Below are positions 37,465 through 51,132 of a stretch of 64,000 bases of DNA, one piece after another; position 1 is the stretch's first letter; each line of letters starts with the position of its first letter. Source of the DNA: Proteromonas lacertae (taxonomy: Eukaryota); contig NGBS01001183.1 in assembly GCA_002245135.1 (NCBI GenBank), positions 1 to 64,000 on the forward strand, given 5' to 3'. Position numbers and translations under genes: made by a program. The notes below the pieces were generated by a model. The model had not been told where the DNA came from. It did no database searches and saw only the letters and a list, made by a program, of their open reading frames with translations.

Positions 37465-39988
37465 TTACTTAATTATCTTTCTTCTTTTTGGTTTTTCAAC
37501 ATAATCTGAACATTTTTCTTCAAATTTTCTTTTACCACCTTTTGGTTTTATTCCATTTTCCTTTTTAACCTTAGTAATAATTTTGGAACTTGTATTTATA
37601 TTCATTGATTTTTGTCTTTGTTTATAATACTCAATCTCTTTTTCATAATCCTCTTTTAAAGTAAGCTGTATCTTATAAGCATCATTATAAACTATTCTAG
37701 CATTAATAATATCTCCAATATTAAACTCATCTCCTTCATTTACTTGACTTTTATGTAATAATGCATCACTTTTCATCCCAACATCAACAAAATAGCCAAA
37801 ATCAGTAATATTTCTAACTATACCATTCACAATATCACCAACATTATAATTACCTTTACGTTCATCAATAGAATCAGATGTATTTATTGTAAATGGAGAA
37901 TTATAATCTCGAGGATCATAATCTATAAAAACAATAGAACAAATAATATATATTTAAATAAATACTTGGTCTTTTCAACTCATTGATGATAAACTCCAAA
38001 CTATCATAATCACAATCCAATTCACTACTTTTCTTCTTAATATCAATAGAATCTAAAATTGATGTATATTTCTCTAAATCATTAAACACATCAACAACAG
38101 ATTTAATATGAAGTGATGATAATAACTTCCTAGTTAATTCATAATCAGATGGATGTATTCTAGTCATATCTAATGGTTCATTACTGTTAGGAATTGAAAA
38201 AAAACCAACACATTGTGTATATATCTTTTCACCAATACCTTTTATATTAATAATATCTTTACGACATCTAATTATATTGGAAGATGGTGATGATGATAAA
38301 TGGATTGAATTATATATCTTCTTTGCTATTGATGAGTTTAAACCAGATACTTTCTCTAATAATTTAACACTTGCCGTGTTTATATCGATAGGTATTTCAT
38401 TAACGCAATCACTTACTATGTCATTGAGTGATTGTATTAGTGATTTAGATGATATATCATGTTGATATTGACCAACTCCGAGACTTTCAGGTGGAATCTA
38501 ATTAAAATGATAATAATATATATATATATATATATACTTTAACATATTCAGATATTGGATTTAATGGAATTCTTGCAATCATTATTGAACTAATAAATAA
38601 TGGATCAATATTTGGAAATTCATTCTTAGCTTCTACTGAACATGAATATACACTGGTACCTGATTCATTTATCATTATATACTTTAAGTCTTTTATTTTA
38701 TTCTTTATTAATATGTTAATAATCGTCTTTACATCATTAGAAGCTGTGCCATTACCAAGGGAAATTAACTATATTTATAATAATAATAATAATAATAATA
38801 CATCAACCTTATATTTAACTACTTTTCTTTCAATAACATCTTCACATTTATCATCATTCAAATTAAATATAAATGTATCTATCACATCACCATGATTGTT
38901 TATAATACAACATTTACAACCATGTGAATATCCTGGATCAATTCCCATTATTATATTAGTATGAGTATAAGGCGGTAACATTAATAATTGCTTTAAATTA
39001 CGATTAAATATAAGCAATGAATGATCTAATGATTTTTTCTTCAAATTTTTTTCTATTGATTTTAACAAAGATGATTTCAAATGATCTTTCCATGCTGTTT
39101 CTATACTACAATTAATAATGGATGTATAGAGTGGTTGTAAATAACCATTTTTAAAATATATATCTCTCATTTTCAATTGAATATAACTCTGTGCTTTTTC
39201 TTGTAGCATTTGATGAAGTGTTAATGATTTTTCTTTTATACCTCTTTTTATTGCTAAATATTCTGTTGGTTTTACTGATACAGCTAGTTTATTAAATCCA
39301 TTGTAATGAATGTACTTTTGTTTTAGCTTTTCATCTTTTTTAGCAGCTTCTGAGAGTTTTGTTTCATATCTTAAATTTGATTCAACAATTGGTAATATTG
39401 TATCTTTAATTTCTTTATTCTGAAAAATTGTTGTTGACAATAGATCAATTAATGAATTCTCTACAACTGTCTTAGATAAAGAGTTGTTTGTTTGAATTTC
39501 TTTAATTAGTGAATGGTATTCATCTAAATTTACTGTGTTGTTAGATAATTTTTCAACTAAAACTGTTAAACCATATTTTATAGCAACTTTAGCTTTTGTT
39601 AATTTCTTTGGTTTGTAAATTGTTTTAAGTTGGCTTAGATCTTCCTCATCTTTACATTTGAAAATTGTTTGCGATAATTCTTGTGTTAATATTCCTTCAT
39701 CCTCCAAGCATTGACTAAATTTTATTTTATCTTCTTCAAATATCTTTTGTGAGTCGTATTGGCTAATTACTTCACGAATTATCTCAGGTTCCGCCCCATT
39801 TACTCTAAAAATGTATATAATACTTATATACTGATTTCTTCTATATCTATATATGAAAGGAACAGTATATCCGTCCTGAGATAGTTTAACAATGTTATCA
39901 ACCTAGATATTAGTTAGTATTACCATACATATTTCACAGGAATATTTAGATTCTCAGATACAGTTTTACATATTGAGAAATCAGTCAT
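37465..39988 (-). CDS. SRBD1: Tex-family / S1 RNA-binding domain protein 1
   Basis: N-terminal GYTVPFIYRYR, YqgF-like MGIDPGYSHGCK, LDMTRIHP and C-terminal S1 domain GIVRNITDFGYFVDVG. Several short introns. Confidence 0.88.
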
Positions 39989-40525
39989 ATCATTTGAATT
40001 CAGCTTGAATTATGGTTTGATTCATTAAACCGCCAAATCAATTTGTGTTTTTTGGCTTTTTTCTCATCTAATTTAAGTTATTTATCGTTATTATGCGTAT
40101 AAATTATTTAATAATCATTTAATTAATCTTATTATGAAGGGAAATCATGTCTAGAAGCTATAATCAAATCATCAATTTTTCTTTTTTTTATATTTTAGAC
40201 TATTTTTTGATCATTCAGATCGATAGAATCACAAATAAAATATAAAAATGAGTGTAATAACCCTCATTGTCGATATAATGAGTTTTTGACCACCTGTAAT
40301 TGATCATTATCTAATGACATAATGAACTGAGTATGTCCAAATCCTTCAATTTCAGCCGTTAATTCGCAAAGAAGTCAATAAAACAAACAAAAACCAAGCA
40401 AATGCTTGCCAGCCAATCAAAATCAGCAAACGTGAAGCTTGAATAGCCAATAGTCTTTCTACATTTCAACTCATTTCATTTCACTAATTCGTTTTCTTTG
40501 AAACGACTATCACAACTCTACTAAC

Positions 40526-42645
40526 ATGAATCCAGATTCTGAAATACCAATTGTGCCAATCTTGAAGACAGAAGGTAAAAAGAATGATTCTCCCGTCTGG
40601 GCTATAAGCTTCGATCGTGGTGGTGAACAAGTGAAGATGTTCGAAAAGATTCAAGATGGGGAGGGAATTAAGGGCAAATGCAACCTTTGTAACAAGAAAT
40701 ATGTATAATTTAAGTGTTTATTACGTTTTAGAATATGCCAAATTCAACAACAAGTACTTTATTGCGTCACGCTCGTTCAAAGCATATAGATGTCATCGGT
40801 AAAGACCAAAGATGGACAAAAAGTGTGACTACTTCATCTACAAGACGTCTTTTCACCAAAAAGAGATATCAATATGCTTTAGTCAAGTGGGTGACAGGTA
40901 ATAGTCGTCCAGTCTCCATCGTTGACGATGATGGTTTGAAATCTGCATTTTTATTGTGCAATCAATTCTCAGTATTACCATCAGTCGCTACATTGAAGAA
41001 GAATATACAATTTACATATGATGAAGCAAGAGAATGTATCAAAAAGCTTTTACACTCAACACCAGGCAAATTCTGTTTATCAATCAAGTCCTGGATATCT
41101 AATGACTTTACCACATATTTAGGAATTTATTTACACTATTATAATGAACATAAACAAGAGAGAGAATCATTTTTACTAGATTTAATCCCATTGAAAGATA
41201 ATTCATCACATGGAATGGCTGTAGAATTCATAGAATCCATCAAAGCCTTTGGTATAAGTGATAGAATCTTCTGTATCACAACTGACTGTGGTAGCTTAAG
41301 TAGTAATTTTGTAAATCAAGTTGATTTATGGTATACAACCAATCATATCCCTTACAAACTATCCAACACATGGATATTATCAATTGAAGATGCTATAACT
41401 CATGCAGTTAAATCCTTCTTCTCACAATTCCAAAATGATTTAGAAAGTATTCGAAAATCTATTCGTTTCATCAAATCATCAGGTTTGAGATCAAGCAGAC
41501 TTGACGAAATAATCAACAGAGATTTCCCAGACTTATTGAAGCATACCAAATTATATTTAGATAACAACAAACAATGGACATCAACCTGTGAAATGTTAGA
41601 CAATTACTGTTTCTTAGAAAACGCAATTGCTGCATTTTACAACAATCTCGAAGATTCTAGCTTCTGTGATACAGAGAATGAGTTTTATGTTAATTCTATA
41701 TTAGGTAATAACAACAATGGAGTTATTCCAAACTCTGTTAATCCAACCTCACAATCATCAGCTGCTTCCTCATCTTCAGCTGTCAATACACCAACTATAA
41801 GTAGAGAAACAATAGTACCAAGTCAAGAAACAATGATTAGAATAAAGGAAATGAACCAGTTTTTAAGTACAATCTACAGTGCATATACATTTGTGAATAG
41901 AAGTAATGTATTGCTAAGTAGTTCATTGGTAGTATATGATACAGTGATTGAGACATGTGAACAACAATATACAACTAACAAATTCCCTAATATTCAAAAT
42001 GAAATCAATGAATTCTATAACAAATTGATTGATTTTTCTCAACATAATAACTTCGCTGCTACTGCTTCATTAATATTTGATCCAAGATTTAAAGATGGTT
42101 ATTTAGTTGAACATCATTGGAATATTAATGAAAAGAATAATAATGATTCTATTAATACCTATTTACATGATGTATATGAAACTGAACCACCAGTCGATAA
42201 TCCAGCTAATCCATCTCAACCATCAATGCCAGTAGCTAAAAAGATGAAATTAGATAAGAAAACTAATGAACAATTTGAAGCATATAGTCATGAACCAAGA
42301 GAACAGAATTCTGAATTGTTTAATTTAATATTCTACTGGAATAGTCATGATTTTGGTACTGTTAATAAATTTGCTAAAGACTTGATTGTTATTCCACCAT
42401 CTTCTAAAGAATTATCTGATTGCTTTAACACATTAGATACTTTCTTATCAGATCCATCATCTGCTTCTATGACTGGAGATGAAATCAGAAAACATCAATC
42501 TCTTCATCATTGGATTAATGGACCATTAAATGATTTCTCTCCTTCAAAAATGATCTACAGTGAAGATAATATGAATTGTGTTAACGACAATACAAGATTG
42601 AGTGTAGATGAACTTAAATTAGAAAATGTACCAGTTCCAATCTAA
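40526..42645 (+). CDS. BED zinc finger plus hAT transposase-derived protein, probably domesticated (ZBED/DREF-like architecture)
   Basis: Exon 1 SPVW...CNLC is joined via intron 40703-40731 to TSTLLRHARSKH (BED finger). hAT landmarks: RPVSIVDD, ITTDCG, WTST, FDPRFK and FYW...FAKDLIVIPPSS. Confidence 0.8.
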
Positions 42646-42794
42646 ATATTTACTTAGAAACCCTTTATACTATATATTATTAACTATTCTTTTTTTATTA
42701 ATTATGTTGTTTGTGATATTTTACAAAAAGAATGAGAGAATAGTTTGATTATTGTTTGAATTTTTATTTCAAAATAGATTTTTATTTTTGAAAA

Positions 42795-44736
42795 ATGTCA
42801 GAGTATGGTTGGAATAATGATGATCAAAGTGATGAGTCAGAAAATGTATATAAATTTATATATCATCTACAATAGTTTTTTCATCCAAAAGCTGGTAAAG
42901 ATGGTGTGATGTTTATAATAGATTGTAGAAGTAATATGTTTGAAAAGAATAGCGATGGAATTGTATATCATACATTTTTATTTCAATAATAGCCATATTT
43001 TGTTGTATCTTTACAAGTCTTATTACAAGTGATGACAGCTAAAATTGTAAGTTCTGAAAATGATTATATTGGTGTTACATTCTGTGGAAGTACAGAAAGC
43101 AAGAATTCAAACTATTTCCCAGAAATATTCATATATCATGACTTGGATGTGCCATCTGCACAAAGAATGAAAGAAATTCAAACACTGGTAGACAATCCAA
43201 GTCTATTTCTAGAGCAAATAGGTAGTAAAGATTCATCAACTCCATTACCACTTCAACATGCATTATGGACTGCTTCTTTAACATTTAGTACAGCTAAAAT
43301 GACAAAGAATGATTTTCAAAGAATGTGGATCTTCACTAATGATGATAATCCTTTAATTAATGATAAAGACAATGTTGATAAATTCTTAGTCAAATATAAA
43401 GATTGTCTGAGTTTAAATCAAAAAATTCAATTATGGCATATGAATAATGGAACTAATACATTTGATTGTAATCTATTTTATAATCAACTAGTAATTCCAC
43501 CAATGACAAATGAAGATGTTTTTATTGATGGTGGAAATGGATGTTTTGATGATTTATTAGATACAGTAAAGAGAAAAGTGTTTAAAAAAAGAGCAATGGC
43601 AAGCTTAGAGTTTGAAATAAGTGATGGAATATCAATGGCAATTGAATTATATTGTATGTTTCAAAAAATGAGAAAACCATCTCCAAAGTGGTTAGACAAA
43701 AGAACCAACATTCCAACAGTGTGTGAAACAAGATGGATATGTGAAGAAACAGGTCAAGTTTTATTTCCAGAAACACAAATAAAAACATACCAAGAATATG
43801 GTGGTGAAAAAGTTTGGTTTAGTAAAGATGATATGAATGATATTAAGAACTTCGGTAAGCCAAATATCAAATTATTAGGATTTAAACCTATTGATTCATT
43901 GAAAGACTATTATAGTATGAAATCTCCTTATTTTATTTATCCAAATGATGGAGATATGAAAGGATCTACTAAATTGTTTGCTGCTTTGTTAAAACAAATG
44001 CATAGCATGAAGTATTATGCATTAGTTTCAATGATTCCAAGAGCAACTAGTTCTTATAGATTATGTGCATTATTACCACAAGTATATTGTTTATTATTAT
44101 TATTATTTTATCTAGATTGAGAATCCAGATGATGATTCACCCAGTGGAATGCATTTATTACCTTTACCATTTGCAAATGATATAAGACAATTGGAATTTG
44201 ATAAATCATTAAGAGGAAATGAAGATCAAGTAAAAAAGGCAAAGCAAATGATTGATGCTCTTGAATTTAAAGAATTTGACTTTAGGGGTATTGAGAACCC
44301 TGTATTACAAAAGCATTATGCTGCTATAAAGTCATTAGCTTTAGATGAACCTGATATTGGATATAATGAAGAAGAAGATGATACTTTTAAACCTGATGTA
44401 GAGAGTTTAAATAACAACAAAGATGTAATTGTTGATTTTGCTGAAAGTGTTCATTGTACTCCTGCTGATGCATCTTATGTTAAACTTACTGGTACAACCA
44501 CAGCAACAAAAAGAAGTAGAAAAGATGCTGATTTAGATGATGATGGTAAACCCAAACAAAAGAAAGTAAAAGCTGAAATTAATTTTGATGATTTACCTGA
44601 TATTACTAAAGAAGATGCTCATAAATATACAATACCTGTGTTAAAAGCGTGGTTAAAAAGTAGAAAGTTACCTATATCAGGTAAAAAGGAAGATTTAGTT
44701 GAAAGAGTGATAAATGCTTTAGATAATCCTGCATAA
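42795..44736 (+). CDS. KU70: Ku70 DNA end-binding protein with C-terminal SAP domain
   Basis: vWA start DGVMFIIDC, IFTNDDNP, LLGFKP, FIYP, LPFANDIR, ENPVLQKHY, and SAP domain TIPVLKAWLKSRKLPISGKKEDLVERV. Three short introns. Confidence 0.93.
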
Positions 44737-44907
44737 TATCAATATTAATAAAAATATAATGATAAATTGTTTATGAATTTGTTATTTTGTTTCTTTTCAA
44801 CTAAGAAGTATCTGTCAATTAATCTTTTTTCTGTTTCTTTTTTTAAAAACAACAAACATACATTATAAGTATCTATATTGTTTATCAACCATTAGAGTTT
44901 ATTTTAA

Positions 44908-46053
44908 TTACATCTCAAAAGATGATTTTCTAGCTGGTATTTCACTTGGATGAGCTAATAAAGCATGTTCAATATTATCACCCCAATTATCTGAATTCTC
45001 AGCATACCAATCGATTGTTTTCTTCAAACCTTCTTCAAATGTTGTCTTATATTCCCATCCTAATGCATGAAGCTTACTAGAATCAATGTGATATCTTAAA
45101 TCATTAAATGGTCTATCATGTACATAAGTAATGAATTCTTGTTCTCTATCAGCTAAACCTAATAAACCAATGATTCTGTGAGCGACTCTATATACATAAT
45201 AATAACATAAATATACTCATAATTGCATATTTCAGTAGCATCAGATCCACCAATATTGTAAATTTCACCTATCTTACCTTTGTGACAGATAATATCAAAT
45301 GCTTCAACTACATCATCAACATACAAGAAGTTTCTCAAATTCTTACCATCTCCATGGATTGTACATGGCTTTCCTCTCTTTAATTGGTTGTAGAATTTTG
45401 GTATAACTTTCTCTGGATATTGTCTTGGACCATATACATTATTACCTCTTGTAATAATAATTGGAAGTTGGAATGATCTATAATATGATTTAGCAATGAA
45501 TTCAGCACTTGCTTTTGTGGCAGCATAGGGATTTGTTGGCTCTAATATGCTGTTTTCTACCATTCCACTTTGATCCATCTTTTGTTCACCATATACTTCA
45601 TCAGTTGAAACATGAATGAATCTCTTGATTTTACCATAACATTTTGCTGATTCTAATAAAACGTGAGTTCCCATCACGTTGTTTTCAGTAAATTTGATGG
45701 AATTACCAAATGAATTATCAACGTGACTTTGAGCTGCATAATGGATAATAGTATCAATTTCCTCTGATCTTAAAATGTGATTTACTAAATCTGAAGATAA
45801 GATATTTCCCTACAGAGTAAAACAAAGAATTTGAAATACTTGAATAAACTTGTAGTTTGGTGCATCTTTAATTACATCTAAGTTCTTTAAACATGAACAA
45901 TAGTCCAATTTATCCAAGTTCACAATTTTATATTGTGGATACTTTTGGACAAAGTGAATACAGGCATTTGATGCTCTATATGCAATAGATGCTAATATAC
46001 ATGAAACCTGCTCCTCCTGTGATTAAAATGTTATGTGGTTGATAATCTGTCAT
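44908..46053 (-). CDS. dTDP/UDP-glucose 4,6-dehydratase (RmlB / RHM N-terminal type)
   Basis: NILITGGAGF, LDKLDYC, AAQSHVDNSF, HVSTDEVYG, YAATK, TRGNNVYGP and DRPFNDLRY, with short introns. Confidence 0.93.
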
Positions 46054-46148
46054 TCTTTAAATATTTTGATGAAGTTCGAAGGTTTGAGAGTAAGTTTTTA
46101 AAATATCCGAAATTAAAACAATATTTTCATAAATATAAATATTACAAA

Positions 46149-47231
46149 TTAACAACATTTCTTTTTTTGATTGTTTGATGGAGAATTTGGATCAATATTA
46201 ATAATTCCATTATTATTATTGCTTTTATTATTAAATGAGGTTGATGGAGTGACACATGGAGTACTACTATTCGATTTTGGCATGCCTCGATATTCTGGGT
46301 TGATTTTAACTCCACTTTCAGATTTACTTGGATCAACTATTCCATTCCTAACTCTATCGTATATCTCTTCTGCTGTCCTAATAAAAGCCAAATTTACGTT
46401 TGTACCTTCTCTAGCAGAGGTTTCACAAAACAACAATCCATTTTCTGAAGCAAACTTCTCACCTTCTTCATAAGTCACTTCTCTTCTATTATCAGGAACA
46501 TCACATTTATTACCAATCAAAAATATTACTATATTATCATTGGTTGCATTCTTTTTCACTGAACTTAACCAAGATCCGAGTTTCTTATAGGATGTTTTGT
46601 TTGACACATCATATACTAACAATGCACCAGCTGCTTCTCTATAATATGCTCTTGTAATAGCTCTAAAATCTTCCTGACCTGCTGTATCCCAAATTTGTAG
46701 TTTTATTGGCTCTTCTCTTACCATTACAACTGATGTACCAAAATCTACACCTATGGTTGGTTCTGCTGTATCTCTGAACCTTTTATCTGTGAATTGTAAT
46801 AATAAGCAAGATTTGCCTACTGCTGTTGATCCTACAATAATATACTTCATAGTATAATGATAGATTGATTGATCTATTTTTTTTGTATCTGGAACTAATG
46901 CTTGTGTAGGCAGATTTGATTCAATATTCTCATTCTGTTGTGGTGACACTGGAGAAACTACCTCATTTGGTGATGTTGCTATTGGTATAAACGATTGACC
47001 ATTTGGTTCGTAATACACTGACTCACCATCTATAAATTCTTCTATATCTGTAAAAGGAGATCCAGCCTCTGAATAAATAATGCAATTAGGTGAATATAAA
47101 CATTTCATTTTTTCACTTATCTTCTTTAGCACACTCTCCCAATCTTGTGGTATATTCAATACTATACGTTTACCATCTTCCTTCTTACCGTTATTTAAAA
47201 AAACATCCAACCTTACTTTGCTCTTACTCAT
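46149..47231 (-). CDS. Rab2/Rab14-group small GTPase with an N-terminal extension of about 120 aa
   Basis: GSTAVGKSCLLLQFTDKRF, TIGVDF, WDTAGQE, NKCD, ETSA and a C-terminal CC prenylation motif. Intronless 360-aa ORF. Confidence 0.88.
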   Translation of the reverse strand: MSKSKVRLDVFLNNGKKEDGKRIVLNIPQDWESVLKKISEKMKCLYSPNCIIYSEAGSPFTDIEEFIDGESVYYEPNGQSFIPIATSPNEVVSPVSPQQNENIESNLPTQALVPDTKKIDQSIYHYTMKYIIVGSTAVGKSCLLLQFTDKRFRDTAEPTIGVDFGTSVVMVREEPIKLQIWDTAGQEDFRAITRAYYREAAGALLVYDVSNKTSYKKLGSWLSSVKKNATNDNIVIFLIGNKCDVPDNRREVTYEEGEKFASENGLLFCETSAREGTNVNLAFIRTAEEIYDRVRNGIVDPSKSESGVKINPEYRGMPKSNSSTPCVTPSTSFNNKSNNNNGIINIDPNSPSNNQKKKCC

Positions 47232-47381
47232 CTTTTAAATAAAGATTAATGAAAGAACACAAATCTAATTTGAGAAATTAGTCGTTTCATTTTTTTAGGT
47301 TATTCATAAAATTAAATGTGGTTTATGAAAATAGCAATTCTGTTAAAAACACTATCAAATAAGCAATAAGAAAAAAGTAAT

Positions 47382-49036
47382 TTACTTTATCTTTCTTTTT
47401 TTAGCTTCTTGATCAGCTTCATCAAATACTGACTTATACTGCAATATATGCTTTGATATATCAGTAGTATCAGCTTTTGAAAAAGGAGAAGGTTCGCAAT
47501 TCAATCCATTCTTTTTACAATATGCTCTAAAACCATTCAAAATCCCTCTCTTCACATCAGGGTCAGGATTTCTAGAATAAACTCTCACAACAGATTCATC
47601 AAAATGTTGAAGTGTCAAATTCGTAACTTGAGATCTTTTAATAGTAATATGAGCATAATCATTCCACGATCGATAGAAATGAGTATGTAATAAAGGATCA
47701 TCTTCTTTATTACAATGACTTAAATTGATTGTATCTAGAATCATATCATCTTCAGTAATTTTTACTTCACTTCCTGATAAACTAATAATATCTTGAATTT
47801 TAATCATTTGTTTGTCTCTTATTTGTTCAGTGGATAGTACAATTTCGTCTACAAACTTATATAAATCTCTATTTCTCATTCTTTTGATAATTTCTTGAGC
47901 TTTATGAAGCAATGGATCTTTATCTAATTCTATTTCTTTTAATATATCATCAGTTAATTTACAATATTCTTCAATATCCATGTTCATGACGCATCTTGTA
48001 TATTTATGATTTAATGCTCTATCTGCTTCTATTAGCACATCAGAAATCATTAATTCAATTGCTCTTACTACACGATGAACATAAATCTAAATTATTACAT
48101 TATAATTAATATATTTAATACTGTTTGAAATAAATTATATCTTGCTTGAAAGAACTCACAAACTGACAATACTTCTTTAGAATGAAAGCATAACTCTTCA
48201 TTTATAACATACGATAAATCTATTAATCTCCTATAATCAACTGGAGTTGGAATTCCACAATAATATGTATCTCTCATCATATAATCAAATTTATCAACAT
48301 CAATACTATTGAAGGGATTAGATACAATTTGATAGAGAAAATGATTCTGTTTTTTATACAATACTTCAGCTGGTGGAGGTTTGATTAATTCCTGAATAAA
48401 TTGTATTTCTTCTTTACATAATTCTATTTGATATTTCTCAACCATATATTGTATTATTTTACAAGACATATCTTCATGCTCAATTTTTAATCCAGGACAA
48501 GCTTCTGATACTACATGTGAGTAAAACAAATGAGAAAATGGACCATGACCTATATCATGAAGTAAACCAGCTAATTGCTAAGAAATGAGAAATAAATATA
48601 TTAATAATTATAATACAATGCACATTCTTTGACTGTCAGATACATCTAATGATGGTTGTCTTAGGCAAATTCTATCGATAAACTCTTTAGCTAAATGTCC
48701 AACACCTAGACAATGTGTGAAACGATTATGCGTTGCTCCAGGATATACATAACTTCTATTTTCATATTATTAACATATATTAGCATTATATATTATACGC
48801 TGCACCTAATTGTTGGATGGAACGCATTCTTTGAAATTCAGGTTTGTCAACAAACTATGTTTTGATCAAACAATAAAATAATACCTCTTTAACAATTGGA
48901 GTCAACTCTATATTACCATGAATTGGATCATGAACGAATTTAGGTTTATTGCTCCCTTAATAAAATGATATAGATTATAAATACCTAAAATTTCAATGTC
49001 TTGAGAGAATCCTGATTGAGAAAAAGAAGGAAACAT
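47382..49036 (-). CDS. SAMHD1-like HD-domain dNTP triphosphohydrolase without a SAM domain
   Basis: DPIHG, FQRMRSIQQLG, VYPGATHNRF, LLHDIGHGPFSH, EHE, IDVDKFDY and RDLYK across several short introns. Confidence 0.92.
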
Positions 49037-49160
49037 TTTGAGACAAAAATAAAATAGTAATTCGTTTCATCATTTTTGTTTTTCATTATTTTAATTCAAA
49101 CCAACAACAAAAAACAACTGAAATTAATATAATATTAAAATAACTATATGAGTAATGATA

Positions 49161-51014
49161 TTACTTTGATTGATTAGTTTCTATGTTAACAAGATTGATA
49201 ATTTCATCAATTTTACCACTTTGAACAAGCCACTCTCTAAAAAATGATTGAATAGCTGCATTTAATTCATTCTGATCATCCTCTTCTAACTTCAATTCCT
49301 TTATCTTTTCTTTAAAACCTAATAATGCAGTTCTTCTAGCTTGAATAACCTGCAAATATTCAGGTGGTAAAGGTAATGTATTAACAGGTGGAGGACCAGA
49401 TTCAGGAACTGTAAATGGTGAGAATTCTTCAGGTGGTAATTTAGTAGCTGGATATAAGGAACTTTGCTTTTCATGAACCATTTCTGGATCAATTGCATTT
49501 TCACCTTTTTCCTATCAAAAATGAAATATAAATATACATCAATAACATGATCCCATCTATTAAATGATAAAGTTCCTTGAATAGTTTTACCTGGTACAAC
49601 TCCACTCTTATGAATATCCTTCCACATATTGGAATAAGGAGCTGAATGTGGTGCAAATGTTAATAAACGACAATCACCAAATACAACAGGAGAAAATGTA
49701 GTAAATACTTCAAAACTACATTTTAAACAGTTTCTATTTATTATTAATAATAAATAAGTATAACAATTATACGCGATTCTTAACCTTCTACAAATTGTTA
49801 TAATACGACAATCTTCACAATTTTGAACAGTTACAGCTTTTGAAACACATCCTATCATTATTAAACACTTTTGACAACCACTTATATGAACAAATGTAAA
49901 AAATGAATAAAGGAAAATATAAATAGACAAATAAAATTATATGTAAAAAAAGAAAAAAAATGATATTTTGCATCTCTTAATAAGAATATATGTGATTTTA
50001 AACAGTCATAAATACAAATAACTTGTGGATTTTGTCTAGAAGGAGCTGGATTATACATACTTCTAGATATATTTTGAATAACAAGTGGACGAGTTACAGG
50101 TGTTTTTGGTATTGATGATGATGATGATTCACTTGATCCATCAGTGGAATTCTTTAATGAATTTTGATCATATACCTTCAGATTGTTATGTAACCAATTC
50201 TAATTAATAAAATAATAATAATTAATACTCTAAAATCTTTTGCAAGTACTCCACTCTCTTTACGATATTTTGAAGGTAATAAATCATATAAATGAACTAC
50301 TTCTTCATTATAATTAAATCCACCACTAAATAAGAACTCAAAATCATTAATTATATCATTGGGAATTACATATTTTGATAAATCAATTTGACCAAATACC
50401 AAGCCAAACATTCCTTCTTCATTATCTAATATAAAATTGATTCTATTGGTTTCTTCTGATATTAATTGAGATGCATTGGATGATAATCTCTTTGTTGGAC
50501 TGGTTATCATTGGTGGAGAGGATGGGTTTGAGCTGGCTTGAGGTGATCTATTATCTACCCACATATCATCAGCTACTGGCTTAGATGGTTGTCTAACATA
50601 CAATTGAGTGAATAAGAATAACGCTAAATGTGTGCATGTTAATGGTGCTCCTTTTGTATCTTCTCCAAGTAAAACTATTTTGAATTAAAGTAGTATTCAT
50701 ACCTCTTTCACTTAAACGACAGAATATTTGAAACATTTCAAAGCATCTATTACGATATTAATGCAAATTATACAAAGAAGCCTCTTTTGCTGACCATCCC
50801 AGAATTTCTATTGAATATTTTAGCCACGTTGTGTATCTAAAATAAGAAAAAAACAATGAGGATTATACGTTATATGCCTTGGATCAACCTCTCTAATTTT
50901 GTTCATTAGATCAGTAAAGGCAGCAAATGTGTAACTTTTCGATCCTGATGATTGTTGAGAGAATCTTAATGATCCATGCTCAAATATTTCATTTTTAATA
51001 CACAGATATACCAT
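49161..51014 (-). CDS. TBCC domain-containing protein 1-like
   Basis: TBCC beta-helix segment VHISGCQKCLIMIGCVSKAVTVQNC...PVVFGDCRLLTFAPH, C-terminal LPPEEFSPFTVP and FREWLVQSG, N-terminal LFTQLY. Multi-exon. Confidence 0.75.
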
Positions 51015-51132
51015 TATTTTTGAAAATCAATTAATACACAAAAAGTGTGTATTAATTATGTATTGTAATGTATTTTAAAAAATAGAGTAAAAGAGGTATT
51101 ACATATTAATTTAAATAGTAAATTTATTATTA

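Noticed and set aside
44845..44910. TGTTTGTT on the minus strand downstream of the dehydratase gene, the Blastocystis motif linked to polyadenylation-created stop codons
   Set aside because: This gene and all others I traced have a genomic stop codon, so there is no evidence for poly(A)-completed stops in this window.
37465..49036. SRBD1, the hAT-derived gene, Ku70 and SAMHD1 close together as a possible nucleic-acid defence island
   Set aside because: These are widespread eukaryotic genes in mixed orientation, interspersed with unrelated genes. There is no evidence of functional clustering.
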